DNA of 56,229 bases, counting the filler, from Catajapyx aquilonaris (lineage: Eukaryota), in NCBI GenBank assembly GCA_000934665.2. It is 3 parts of 3 records of this genome, joined end to end, with 100 filler letters (N's around TTAATTAATTAA, not from the genome) between each part and the next. Parts side by side here need not be neighbours in the genome. Positions count along the whole stretch, not along the records: positions 1 to 18,629 come from JYFJ02006647.1; 2 more parts are not named here. One strand, written 5' to 3'. The position numbers and the translations under genes are program-made. Positions 1 through 11,682 of this stretch are shown piece by piece; positions within the stretch are counted from its first letter, which is position 1; every line of letters starts with the position of its first letter. The notes beneath the pieces were generated by a model, which searched no databases, was not told the origin of the DNA, and was given only the letters and a program-made list of their open reading frames with translations.

Positions 1-422
1 GGGCGGCAGATGACCAACTGCCTACCCGCGAAAGAAGTGTATACATACGGCCCTGTGTATATATAACCACGTAAGCGTATGTGTTTGATGTTTGCATTTT
101 TGGTAGCACTCTCGCTACAATATTATCTGCACAAATCCACTAGTGCCATATATCAGTTCTGTGCCTGGACCTTTGGATTTTGGACAGATATTTTTTTGAT
201 GAAGTGTGGTTTGGACGAGAATGTATACTGGATGTAAATTCGATTGGACAAAAATGGTCTGGGCGCAGTTTTATGTAACCATAACGTAGGCCTAACTCAT
301 TGTCAAAATTTAAGGTGAAGAGACAGGAGCGAGTGGAAATGAGCTTTCGCAAAATCTTTAGGCTACTAATTTGGATGAGAGTTCATTATGAAATTGACAG
401 AATATATTATGTTGAGTTTCAG

Positions 423-2886
423 TTGTCTCTGCGAAACGCTTAGAAAACTTCGATGATGTCGAGTCAACGGACGAAGTCTGCCTACGGGAATATAAAGAGG
501 AAATTGCTGGAATTGATAAAAAGGAATGTGAGCCCGCCAGGAAGCTTCTCATAACCTGCCGGTGAGTATGGTAATATGTTGTGGTGTACACACGCCATGT
601 ATGCAAAATACTCCCCATGATCTAATATTAATACATGGTGTTTCACTACTTGGTCCCCCCAAAGAATCGACCAAATTTTTCTTACCACTCTACCTTGAAA
701 CGTGATATTTGGTTTAATAGTTACCTTAGTTCATGGGAATGTAGCACCATTTGCAATAAATTAATGCTGGAATTGACCTTCAACGACCTCCATACACACT
801 CAAGAGTGACTCGACTCGACGCTCCTTATTATCGAATATCCTCATCAGCATATCCTCATAAATGGTCAGGATTGCTGCATTTATGTTGCTTTCCTAGTCT
901 TCTGAGGTCGAGGCTCATTGTTGTAAGCACAACCTTTCAAATATCCCCATTCGCGGCTCTTTTGACAGGTGGAACAGGATACCTAGTTTCTTGTGATAAA
1001 CGTCAGTGACTTTTTCGGTCATTCCAGCAGCCTGTGCTTCCCTTTTAGATTTTTAAAAATTCCTCTAAAGGAGATCATCTACCATGGTATCGGTCAAAAA
1101 CATTTGGTGCAGCAATCCTGACTATTAATGTCGATACGACGTGGAGGGCCTTCGATAAGCGTCACGTCGAGTCACGTTCGTGTGCTCAGAGGTCGTTGAA
1201 GGCCAATCACAACATTTATTGCGAATGGCGCTACATTTCAATGAACTAAGGTACCTTTCAAACCAAACATTACGTTTGTAGGTAGAGTGGTGAGAAAAAT
1301 ATAGTCGATTCTTTCGGGGGACTACCTAGTGAAATACCCTGCACTTGGGCCTGTATTAATTGCACCCTCATCCCAGGGCTGTGATGAAACTGCACGTGTG
1401 TGTAAACAGCGTCCTTTTCCTACATTCGGAGATTAAGACGTTTACCATGGAAACCTACAATCAAGCAAAGGTATGGCTATAACATATATTTTGAATCAAG
1501 TGTTACCCATGGCCTATAAATACAGGGAGTGGAATTTTCGTCGTGCTACTAGTCACTTCTAACTTAGCAGTACCAGTGTATTGCAAGTTAGCAGTAACTA
1601 GTAGTACGACGAAAATTCCACCCAGTGTGTTTCTTATTAGTGCGGAATGTCATCCGGTCGGCAACACACATGTTGGCCTAAAACAAGTCGAAAATGTAGG
1701 GGTATAAAATGTGGAGGAACCAACCAGCAGGTGAAGAGGTAGTTAGACAACCAGACACATTGGCCTTCCCGGAGGCCTGCTCCTAGTCCTAAGCACATGC
1801 GGCAATTCACTCAACATCTCATTGTCGGGAGATCGCCTGGCAGATGGACTCACCACCTTACAATACGTAGTTGTCTAGGGAGCAGGATATGAGCATGATA
1901 ATCCCTACTGAAAAAGAAATGACCTCGTAAAACCCCACCAATAATAATTAATTATGTATGAATACATGAGTATCACTGATGTCACTAAAAATATAACACC
2001 CACAACGAAGGTCGCTGAGCTTCAGCAATTTGTGAACAACCTGGGACTGCACCACAAGACATTCACCATCAACATCTGGACACATCTTAGGTGTCCAGAT
2101 GTTGATGATGAATGTTGGTGAAAGAAACGGATTTTAGCTGTTTCTTTCGCCATTTTTTTGTATGGAATTGACATGGAACTGTTTCATGATGCCCACTCAA
2201 CATAGTGTAGTAACCCTACACTTCAGTTTCTGTCCCTCCTCAAAAGTTAATACAGGTTGCCCTTCGTCTTTCTTTGCATGTTTGTTTAGGACCATGTCCG
2301 AAATGGTGCAGAATGGGACCTGGTCCTTTTCTGCTGATTTTTTGCTGCGCTGATGTATATAACTTTGCATTTCTCATCGGGCACAGCCATTCAAGGTCCT
2401 CAGGCCTGTAGTGTTGGTAAGACCTCCTCCCTACAACCCGGATGTACTTCCTGATGTCCGAAATCACCCCACAAAATTACAGAAAGACACAACAGTTATC
2501 GTATTTACAACCCGGAATTTTTGTTCCAACCAACACCCTGGTGCAAAGGAGAGGATGACTCATGTCACTGATATCAGTCTTTACAAATCAGCTGTGATCC
2601 GGTTTACCTCGGTGCAGTAGGGGAGTGTGGGCAGGGCACTAGTTACTTTTAACACATATATCCTAAAGTATGTCATTTTTTAGTCAGGGAACAAAAGATT
2701 GTCAAAAGTCCTCTCAATGTGCATATGGCGTGCTCATGTTGTCTCATGCAGCTCTCGAATCCACTCTGTCCAATGCCCTTGACAAACAGCTTTTTTCGCC
2801 TCCCAATAAGTGTCCACACTGACCCAACCAAAGGAAAGTGTAAGTATCCGATTTCACCCTATGCTTCTGAAGTCGCCCCATTCTAG
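423..2886 (+). CDS. Candidate orphan gene, small Cys-containing probably secreted protein (5' exon not found)
   Basis: Phase-compatible exons with canonical splice sites: 423-561 (tttcag|..CG|gtgagt), 1377-1470 (cccag|G..AAG|gtatgg), 2752-2886 (atgcag|..TAG). Translation xVSAKRLENFDDVESTDEVCLREYKEEIAGIDKKECEPARKLLITCRAVMKLHVCVNSVLFLHSEIKTFTMETYNQAKLSNPLCPMPLTNSFFRLPISVHTDPTKGKCKYPISPYASEVAPF*. Alternative end via a 47-nt intron 2840-2886 to stop at 2921. No family recognised. Confidence 0.45.
634..1341. mobile_element. Tc1/mariner-superfamily foldback non-autonomous element (~250-bp inverted arms)
   Basis: TA-catggtgtttcact...agtgaaataccctg termini; arms ~634-885 and ~1098-1341 are reverse complements; degraded transposase C-terminal motifs (PLDF..KEIIYH; RGR..KA..IANG) on + in right half. 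Confidence 0.75.
1523..1627. mobile_element. ~105-bp palindromic MITE (gtggaattttcgtc...gacgaaaattccac family)
   Basis: Nearly complete hairpin; second, interrupted copy at 49443-49726. Confidence 0.75.
1623..1905. mobile_element. One arm of Tc1/mariner MITE family with cagggtgtttctt TIR
   Basis: Shares aatgtcgaggaaccaac and tagggagcaggatatgagcatgataat blocks with 19167-19377 and 47156-47637. Confidence 0.6.
2195..2458 (-). pseudogene. Frameshifted pogo/Tigger-type transposase N-terminus (psq HTH plus start of CENP-B-type HTH)
   Basis: Across frameshifts: RKYIRVVGRRSYQHYRPEDLE / AVPDEKCKVIYISAA / AEKDQVPFCTISDMVLNKHAKKDEGQPVLTFEEGQKL, matching the Y.EEDL..AV...AA..YGVP..TL...G..PVL..EEE pattern. 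Confidence 0.65.
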
Positions 2887-3939
2887 GGTACATTGCCGCC
2901 CAGATGACAATACGTTCATGAGAAACACATACCCTGTCTAAGCATTCTGGTTTGTTGCTCTATAGCTATTGTCCTGCCCTAGAAAAAATGATATTATGCT
3001 GTTTCATCCTGTCTTCTACAAAATAATTAAACACCAATAAGTTTTAGTACAGTGTGAAAATTTCTAATTCCTTCCTGATTTTGAAACACAAACTTTAAAA
3101 TCAATTTATATTTGGCACTTTCTTTCTGCACAGTAACCTGATGGGATAGAAACACCTGAATCATATCAGAAAGATGCCTTCCTACACTTTACTGTACAAA
3201 TAATCGCAATTCATGTAAACTATTCCATTATAGCAACATTGCCTGAACCACTGGTATTCGTGAATCGTCATCGCCATCTACTGCAGCGCTGGACCTGTTA
3301 CTGATTAGTTCCAATATCAATATTAGATAATTATGTTATGATAGCATTGCAAAATAATGACTCAATAAATAATCAAGTTAGTTATTTGATTGTGATGTAT
3401 CATAGATTAATGTGAGTATAAGTGCAATTATACAATAACTTCTTAAAAAGAACAGCCCTGATTATTTTTCTTCATGAGGTCACCTTCCCACCCTGAAAGA
3501 AATATGAAGGAAGTTCATGGACATAATTATGCCCTGACCTATTGCAGTATGGTATGCCTGTATCAGCACGTGCATAAATGCAACTAATAACAGAAATATT
3601 ACTGATTCACAGTTTGCATCTTATGTTATCACAGACGTGTGTCAAGCTGTAACCAGGTAAGTGCATAATTATACAGCACAATCATGTCCTCCTACACTCT
3701 GCTGTGAACATGGCACACAAATGAACACAGTCTCCACTAGGTAGTGTAATCCAATAATATTACATGTCAGCATGTCTTTTGATTGGTATCTCAATGTGGA
3801 TTCGAGTCCTCAAAACAATTTCTTACCTGCATTATGATTACCAAGTTCCAAATAGCTTACTTTTTTTCTATGAATAGCCTTAACTCACATGCAATTCTTG
3901 CACTGCTTAATAGGATATTAGTATAAGTGTTGCATGCAG

Positions 3940-4105
3940 TGCATTGCCATCGGATGTAAGAAGACCATAACTCAAAAACTAGTAAGGGTGAAAGTCGCAT
4001 GCATACCCTACACTAATCCCCCCTGACTCAGAGGGCATGCATGCATGCAACTTTCACCCTTACTAGTTTTTGAGGTAGTGTCTTCTTACATCTGATGGCA
4101 GTTCA
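3940..4105. repeat. Palindromic (hairpin) element ~165 bp
   Basis: tgccatcggatgtaagaagac..ctcaaaaactagtaagggtgaaagt.gcatgcat inverted with atgcatgcaactttcacccttactagtttttgag..gtcttcttacatctgatggca. Confidence 0.8.
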
Positions 4106-4136
4106 GGGGTCATGTCGATATACCAAAATTCTTATA

Positions 4137-5250
4137 CAGGGTGTAACTGAACTCACAAGGGAACGGTCAGGGTCGAGGACCTCCGATTTGGTTGAAACTG
4201 GCTTGAGGGGTCATTCATGTGCGATAGACACAGTGGTGAAAGTGTTAGCTCGCACTGTCCAGCCGTTTCCGAGATATGAGCGACAGTAACATCCGAATTT
4301 TGGCCACGCGCATTTGCCGGGAGCAGCTCTGCCAGCTCCAAATCCCTTCTACCTTGATTCCCCCCACTTTTTTCGATCCCACACCACCATCCCCCACTCC
4401 TCCACCAACATTTTCGTTTTCCATAGTTTCTTTGCTCCGGTATTTATTATGAGTTTTCCCCATTACCCAATTTTAGGTATAGAAGCTCTTTATTCGCATT
4501 TGACAGAAGCGAAAGAAAGCAGCTTGATGGTCTCATAATAAATACCGGAGCAAAGAAACTATGGAAAACGAAAATGTTGGTGGGGGAGTGGGGGATGGTG
4601 GTGTGGGATCGAAAAAAGTGGGGGGAATCAAGGTAGAAGGGATTTGGAGCTGGCAGAGCGGCTCCCGGCAAATGCCCGTGGCCAAAATTCGGATGTTACT
4701 GTCGCTCATATCTCGGAAACGGCTGGATAGTGCGAGCTAACACTTTCACCACTGTGTCTATCGCACATGAATGACCCCTCAAGCCAGTTTCAACCAAATC
4801 GGAGGTCCTCGACCCTGACCGTTCCCTTGTCAGTGCACAGACGTATATGACTGCCTTCCTAGGCACCAGAGGATCAATTTAGGTAGAGTAGTCATTATGT
4901 CTGGGCCGCAGCATTACCGAGATAATCGACCCACCTGATACAGTTAGCGATTTGGCCAAAGAGTGATTTGTAAATAGCAGTGAAAGTGCCAGTGCTCTTC
5001 AAAATTAGCAGCGACATTCAGAACAAATTTAAATTACAAACCACAACACGTTTTTGCCGAATCGCTCCTTCTGACTGGGGGAGGGTTCGATGGGTGGCCT
5101 AACCGACAAGATATTTTGTACTACATGTTTGGGGGCAATTATCTCGGTAATGCGGCAGCCCATACATAATGACTCCTCTACCTAAATCGATCCTCTGATG
5201 CATAGGAAGGCAGTCATATACGTCTGTGCACTGAGTTCAGTTACACCCTG
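4137..5250. mobile_element. Tc1/mariner MITE (TA TSD, ~120-bp TIR starting cagggtgtaactgaactca) with another element inserted in its left TIR
   Basis: TA at 4135-36 and 5251-52; left TIR is 4137-4155 plus 4833-4931, right TIR ~5132-5250. Confidence 0.9.
4156..4829. mobile_element. Young palindromic MITE, ~298-bp near-perfect arms, CAAGGG termini, 3-bp TCA TSD
   Basis: Arms 4156-4453 and 4532-4829 differ at only a few positions; tca at 4153-55 and 4830-32; host right TIR reconstructs the empty site gaactcagtgcac. Confidence 0.9.
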
Positions 5251-5823
5251 TATATTAACATGTTGCTTATTCTAACATACTGTACAGATAATTTTGTATA
5301 GCCTATTGGTACTTCAGCATAATTTTACAAGGACAGAGTTAATAATGGTGCAGTTTGAGTTAGTAAGGCAATGTAGAGATTGGTAGAGGGCAGCAGGCCT
5401 ATCTGGACTGCATTCATTTACTCCCGTGAGGTGTAAAGTTATAGTGTTACATAAGAACTCAAGATCACTAAGAATCCATAATTTTCTCCCATCTCCATTG
5501 TTGGTCAGTGGACTTGGACAGTGCACCATCCTGTACACAGGATAATTGTTCAGCATAACAATGTTCCCTGTGAGCATGATTGTGTCCTCCACACTTTCAT
5601 GTGGACAATATGTGCAGTCTTTCAGTGTGTTTCATGTGTTGTCAATAATCACTCTCTTACTGGAGTAACTGAGCTTATTAAACAAGGTTAAACATCAACT
5701 TTTATTTGAACTTCAGACACAACAAAATGGCATCCTTATCAGTGCTTGTCCTGAAAATTCTTCGGAATAAGTCAGAGGAGGCAGTATTGTTGTAGCAAAC
5801 AACATACTGATAAGTGAAACCAA

Positions 5824-8800
5824 TCAGAATTGCACCTGCTTATTATTGACAAGAACAGATGCTAACTGTTGAAAACTGCCAGCCAATTGAGCCAGAGCAG
5901 TAGCTTGTTGCTGCTGGATTGCCAGCACCTGCTTCCTAAAGGCTTCTTCACTCTCCTGGCGACGTTCTTCTAGTTGAAGAAGAAATGTGTTGTGTTCCTT
6001 CTGTATAAAAAGTTTTTCCTGTTGATGAACTTCACTCCTCTCCAAGATGATCTCCAGGATTTTCTTTCGTCCCGCTGCTCTGCCCAATTTTCTTGGCTTC
6101 TCTTCATCAGCCTCTAAAAGATGGTATTAACATCACACAGTAGGTGGGCATTGCAGGGTATACACATGTACTCACCACTTGGTGTGGAAGAAAAGTATAA
6201 ATCCTCTGTTCCTGTGAATGCATCTGCAGTTTGAATAGTGGGACATGTCGCAGATAGAGCAAGGGGATCCTCCAATGTTGTGGCAATAGTGGCACATGCT
6301 ACAGGAATGGCAAGAGGATCCTGCACAGCCAATAGAAAAGGCAGTACTGGAGCCTGAGGAATCATGGGTTCTTTCTCTACTGCATGAGTCGATTCCTAAA
6401 AGAAGGTATAGTTCACTTGTTGGAAGATTTTAGACCTTTTGCGGTAGTCATTTTCATATAATGGCTGATATTTTTTATCAGCTAACAAGTAGTAATAGGT
6501 GCCTGATCATGTAGCTTGTTTTACCTCCATTGATAATTCAACAGGTGTTTCTGAATTAAGTGGTAGTAGAGATGCAAAAGCATCTTTAGGGCCCACAAGT
6601 CTGACAATTCTTTCTTCCAACTGGCTCAGATGTGATGCAGCTGACCCAGAATCAGATAATCGCTTCTGCAGCGACGCATGCTTTGTCCTCGCCGCAGCTT
6701 TCAAGTCATTCCAGACCTGTAACGTAAAATGTGCTATTGTGATTACCTATTTTGGTTGGAATACACATTACTAACCACAAATTTTTTGACATGGAAACAA
6801 ACCAATTTCATGGCTATTATGTTCTGAACCAACCTTTTTTACATCACGGGAAAGACATTTTATTATCCAAAATGGTATTTAAATTACAAGACTAAATTAT
6901 GTGTGCAATGCAGGCTTACTAATACTTGTACATAAAGTAATGTACCGGGTAACACGGTACAGTGCCGTGCACAATAGCATATAACAAGTGTAAACAACGA
7001 CTTTGGCATTACCTGGCAACTGGGCGTGTTCGGACATCGGCATGTGGAGAGTGCTTAGCGTTCTTTCTGTCGTTGCCACTGTTTACAGGTAGCGATTGAT
7101 GCTGGGCGACCTATAGCGAAGGGTGTGTGCAAATAAGCATGCACACACCCTTCGCTATACGTCGCCCAGCATCAATCGCTACCTGTAAACAGTGGCAACG
7201 ACAGAAAGAACGCTAAGCACTCTCCACATGCCGATGTCCGATGCCGATGGGGGAGGTGTGGTGGCCGTGATGGTAACGTCTCGGCTTGCTGAGTGAAAGG
7301 CCCCAGGTTCGATCCCCGCCTGGGGAACTTTCCTTTCACCTGCGTCAGGAGGGTCTCTGACCTGCACCAAGGAGGTGTCTGGCAACCTAACCTCCTGGGG
7401 GACAGCACATGACCCATTTGTAGACATTGCACTTGCACCTATGTTCCCTCCCCAAAAAATCCCTACCCCTACCCGACATCCTTGACTCCTTGCACCGGTG
7501 AATGAAGAAAAAAAGTGTAAATACACTGAGAAAACTGATGGTGGTGTGCCACCCCGCTATAGGGCTTAGGCCCACAACGGGGTACATAATAAAAAAAAAA
7601 AACATGCCGATGTCCGAACACGCCCAGTTGCCAGGTAATGCCAAAGTCGTTGTTTACACTTGTTATATGCTATTGTGCACGGCACTGTACATTTTGCCCT
7701 CCTTTTCATTGCTTAATTAAATCTCCACTCCATGTAAAACCTTATTAATTTAATGCAGTGCATAGTACAATAAATCATTATGTACCTTCCCATCCCCATC
7801 TCAGTATCAGTAGTTATGCTCCTATCTAGATAGTTTTTTCTGGGAGGTCATTAAATCAAAACAATAGGCTACTGCAGTGGTTTCCAACCTTTTACCAACT
7901 TGAGCCCCTAAACATGTTTCCATAAATGTGCGACCCCTGTAAATTTAAACCAAAGATGGTCACCATTTCCTTAAAAATGAACTCATAATTTTCAATTTAT
8001 CAGCATTCACCGCTTATTCCATTCCATTCCTGAATTTGCCATTTAATTTCCATTACCAATCCCTTCCATTCGTTTCACAGCCATTCATCACTCATTTTCA
8101 AAAATGTCAATTCCATTCCCCTTTTTTCACAATTAATTCTCCATTCGCCCCATTCTTCTTCATGCAAATTAATTCCAGTCTGCCAAATTGAACATAAACC
8201 ACACTGGGAGTCTGACTCCATTGGTTTTCATTCACCATTTATTTCCAAGTTGTCCCATTTGGTATAATTTATTCAATTCATTTGCATTATACCATTCAAT
8301 TCCATTCTGCAGTGAATTGAGGTGCCTCACATGTGGTATACATATTAATTTCAATTCGCCATATATTAGTAAATCAATTATTCAAATTTATGAATTGAAA
8401 TAATCCCAGTGTAACAAATGGAATGGTGTCCATCATGGCCATCAATAATACAATTGAGTGGTCGGCGGAAGAATCTTGTATCCCTCATGCACTTTTCAGG
8501 AGAGCCAGTTGAAGCTTGAGCATTCTTTGCCAATCTCTGCCAAACTTTGAATCTTGCTTTGAATACTTGCTCTCACATTTCCCCCATAGCTCATGTCCAA
8601 TTGGAACTTTGGGATTCCATGTTTTGTCTAATTTGAAGACAAATAACTTGCCCCCACTACAAAAAAAATAAATACAAAATACCTCGATTGGAATTTAGTT
8701 CAGCAAAAACAGGAGTACCATAATCCACACCAACATTCAGCTGACAATGATGGCAAATGACGAGTGTCTAAATGCGAACTCTGTTTTGAAGATCATTTGG

Positions 8801-9456
8801 GATATGTCTTCTTCTGCCAACCCACTCTATCACAACAGGTGCACAATCCTGATTGTACGATTGGGTCTCTCTCAATAATCTTGATGCATAACTGAAAGAC
8901 GAAACTTACAATGGAGCAAGTATTCTGGTAATAAACCATTATAATGCCCAACCTAAGTTCTTGAACATGTCCAGACTAATCTTTTAAAGGGTCACTCTCT
9001 CATTCTTTCTGAGAAAAAGGGAAGAATGTGTACATATACTGTCCCTCGTATCGGAAAAGTGACATGTGCTGTGACAAAAATACCACGAACCTGGCTGAAA
9101 TGCTGAAAAATGTGAAGTGCCCCAACTTGCCGTCTCTATCCCTACAACCAATGAACCTGGTCATGCCTCTATTGTTGACATTGTTATTCATGACATCGTC
9201 CAAGGTTGCAAAAATTAAAATCAGACTTCCACAAGTATGCACTTTGAAGGTCATGTGAAATTTTGAAAATAAGATTTCAAGTTTTAATTTTTGGACATTA
9301 ACCCTAGTTAATTGTCACTACATTTTTCTTGTGGATTTTTCATACTGTGGTAAGATACTGGTGCAGTTGTTGGCAATGCATTCATAGGTCATGAAAGTTG
9401 GTAACTTATAAATCATATGTGCCAATCCAACACACATGGTCTTGCAATGTCCTTGA

Positions 9457-9506
<50 letters not shown>

Positions 9507-10673
9507 CCCCCTCCCCCCCCCACCCCCAGGGTCCAGCATCAGTATTGTTTTGGACTGGCACACTGGTAAGGATGGTACAATTTCCCGATTTCCCCCTTGA
9601 AGCTCAAATTTGCCCCCATACTCCACCATACACTCCAGAAAAACCTGCCCTTCTGGCTCCCTTGGGGTGAAATATTATTATCAGAAAATGTCCCAGACGG
9701 TCCCTGAGTAGCTTCCCTATGGCGGGTTTTTGGGGGTTGTGGGGGTCGGGGTACATGGAAAGTCTGAAGAGGTCTACGTTCAATTGTAAAGCTTATTGGG
9801 AAATCACACAGAGGTTGCCGCCAACTAGCCTGCACCAGCCTAGGACAAGAATTTGTAGGCTTACCAATGACAATGGCCATTATTTTTTCCCCAAATGTTG
9901 TAGATATCTTTTAAAATGGAGTCGGGTAAAAAATTAAGAGCGGTCATAAAATTTGTTCAATATTGGTTTCATCTCTCATGGCATTATGAGAATATGCATA
10001 CTTTAGAACTACCATACTTTTCAAATCCCAGTTTGGTTTCTTAATAATTATATTTGTTGCTGTCTCAAGCTGTCAGCTGTATTCACAACCTATTAGGAAG
10101 CATTATATGTCACTGTTGAACCCATAATATCATATTATTCAAAAGTAGGCCTATTGAGAATCCAACAGTAATGGTAAAAAAATATATAAAGAGAATCCAA
10201 GTAGCCTATACAGGTCAGTTTCAGGTACCGGTACTTGATCAGTAATATTATTCAATGTTGTTATTTTTGTGTAGCTTGTTGCTCCCCTATTCGAGGTTGA
10301 ATATATATATATTCAACCTCGAATATCCTCAACCTCAGATATGTACCCAAATATGTAACTGCTTCGATCGAAATTTTATAACTAAAATTACTCATATACT
10401 GGTACACCCTGTATATATTACCTTCCTCCACTGATCCACTGTTCTGAAGGGCCCAGATCCGTCCTGGTTGAGTTTGGCCGCCAAATGATTCCACGTTTCT
10501 TTCCTGGCGGCCGCGGTAAATTCCAGGTCCAGTTTGCCTACCGCCAGTCGCCGATGTCTCTCCATATACGACACCATAATCCTATGTTGACGATGACTAA
10601 TATTGGGAAGTCGATTCCTCTTCTTCCTGATCACCAGCCCTGACTGACCAGTTTGGGACATTTGAGCCTGCAT
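5824..10673 (-). CDS. Myb/SANT-like DNA-binding domain protein (MSANTD-like, Harbinger ORF2-type), ~317 aa
   Basis: Exons 10673-10422, 6716-6525, 6395-6176, 6113-5824 (phases 0,0,1; all GT-AG). Trihelix pattern RLPNIS..MVSYMERH..KETWNHLAAKLN..RTVDQWRK|VWNDLK joins across intron 1; C-terminal Q/E-rich coiled coil; AATAAA on - at 5701-5706. Confidence 0.88.
6960..7687. mobile_element. Almost fully palindromic Tc1/mariner-type MITE (TA TSD, cagtgccgtgcacaa termini), right arm interrupted by a SINE
   Basis: TA 6958-59 and 7688-89; left arm 6960-7130 pairs with 7141-7241 plus 7618-7687; ~10-nt loop. Confidence 0.92.
7242..7601 (+). mobile_element. tRNA-derived SINE with poly(A) tail and 16-bp TSD
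   Basis: A box tggccgtgatgg, B box ggttcgatccc, A-tail ending 7601, TSD acatgccgatgtccga at 7226-7241 and 7602-7617. Confidence 0.92.
7876..7940. mobile_element. Single end of hAT (Charlie-like) MITE
   Basis: cagtggtttccaaccttttaccaact..aaacatgtttccataa is the reverse complement of the right end of 39706-39957. Confidence 0.65.
9459..9503. repeat. (TC)n microsatellite
   Basis: Uninterrupted tc run. Confidence 0.95.
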
Positions 10674-10989
10674 GCTAGCTACCCATCCCAAGAATATTCC
10701 AGAACCAAACAACCGCACTTTGCTCGTACGTTCGAAAACATATACACTGACTGCGCGGTGTCCTTGTGTAGCTCCTTCCCCCTTCCCTCGCCATAGCCTC
10801 ACAGTGAGGCTAACCTTCTCCTGCTCCCTCTCAAGGTTCGATATGCAGCTGCGGAGTCCGAGCGGCTCCCCCAAATATAACTTGATACAATTTTTGCATG
10901 GGCAGCTGCTGTTGTATGCACTTTATTTCCATATTAATATGGGCCTGTAGGATATGAGTGAGTTACTTCAAATGGCAATTTGATAGTGG

Positions 10990-11340
10990 TGTCTCGCATT
11001 CTGCGCGCTTACTTGCCCTGCACATATATTGATTTGGTTCCAGCCAGCGCGCGGGCATATACGTACGTGCGAGCAGGCGGGCAGTGGTTGGGGATTACAA
11101 GTCTTCTTTGGATGAGCGCATTGGGTAGAGGCTAGCTGGGCGGCGCGGCGCAGGCGCCACCATGGGAAATGTGCCAGAATCGGCCAGAATGATCAAGGTT
11201 AAGAAGGTTTAGAGGGTAGTATCGATAGGTCTGCTTGCTACGGCAACTCTCTCATTGCTAGTCAGTAGTCACCACGAGGCTTCGTCGCACGGGTCGCACC
11301 TCGCACGAGTCAATCCTGCTGGTGGAAAGTACTTGATTGC
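10990..11340. promoter_or_regulatory. GC/CpG-rich putative bidirectional promoter of MSANTD-like gene and POLR1H, with DRE motif
   Basis: Lies between divergent starts 10673(-) and 11683(+); CpG-rich, GC boxes (gggcgg), TATCGATA at 11220-11227. Confidence 0.6.
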
Positions 11341-11474
11341 TGGTTGTTTGCTTGCTACGTAGTTTTTTGGTAAAGCCACATAGGAACTGGTGTGATTCTA
11401 ACCAGCAGAGCCTAAGATTTTATTGTATGTTCTGCTAGTCACTTCCACACTAAGGATGCATCTGCATGTCAGCA

Positions 11475-11586
11475 TTTCATGTTTCCATGGAGATGCGCTC
11501 ACACAACAAGATAGGTGAACAGCGTCCTTTTGTTGACACTGTTTACTCTTATTGTTGCGTGAGGGCATCTCCATGGCAACTTGAAA
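11475..11586. mobile_element. Short palindromic MITE core just upstream of POLR1H ATG
   Basis: tttccatggagatgc.ctcac...gtgagggcatctccatggcaac hairpin; homologous core in the larger palindrome 32619-32958. Confidence 0.7.
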
Positions 11587-11682
11587 AGTAAATGTTAGTA
11601 AGTAATTCCTGAATGGCCCTTATAATTATGTCATTACAGTACATTCCAGAGAGTATCACCATCATACATAGTTGGTGAGGCG

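Noticed and set aside
1401..1455. Exon of candidate gene derived from the 11475 MITE family
   Set aside because: Only a ~14-nt match plus a short ccatgg motif; could be chance.
4314..4671. Duplicate ORFs on opposite strands (MPGAALPAPNPF..; similarly 6897/7502, 48663/49043, 49403/49423, 53539-54007)
   Set aside because: By-products of inverted repeats, no protein features.
4137..5250. T-shaped, parvovirus-ITR-like double hairpin
   Set aside because: Explained by insertion of one MITE into the TIR of another, with a TCA duplication.
7249..7330. tRNA gene (also 24290-24370, 25150-25223, 26066-26145)
   Set aside because: A/B boxes present but no proper cloverleaf or T-terminator; they are SINE heads with TSDs.
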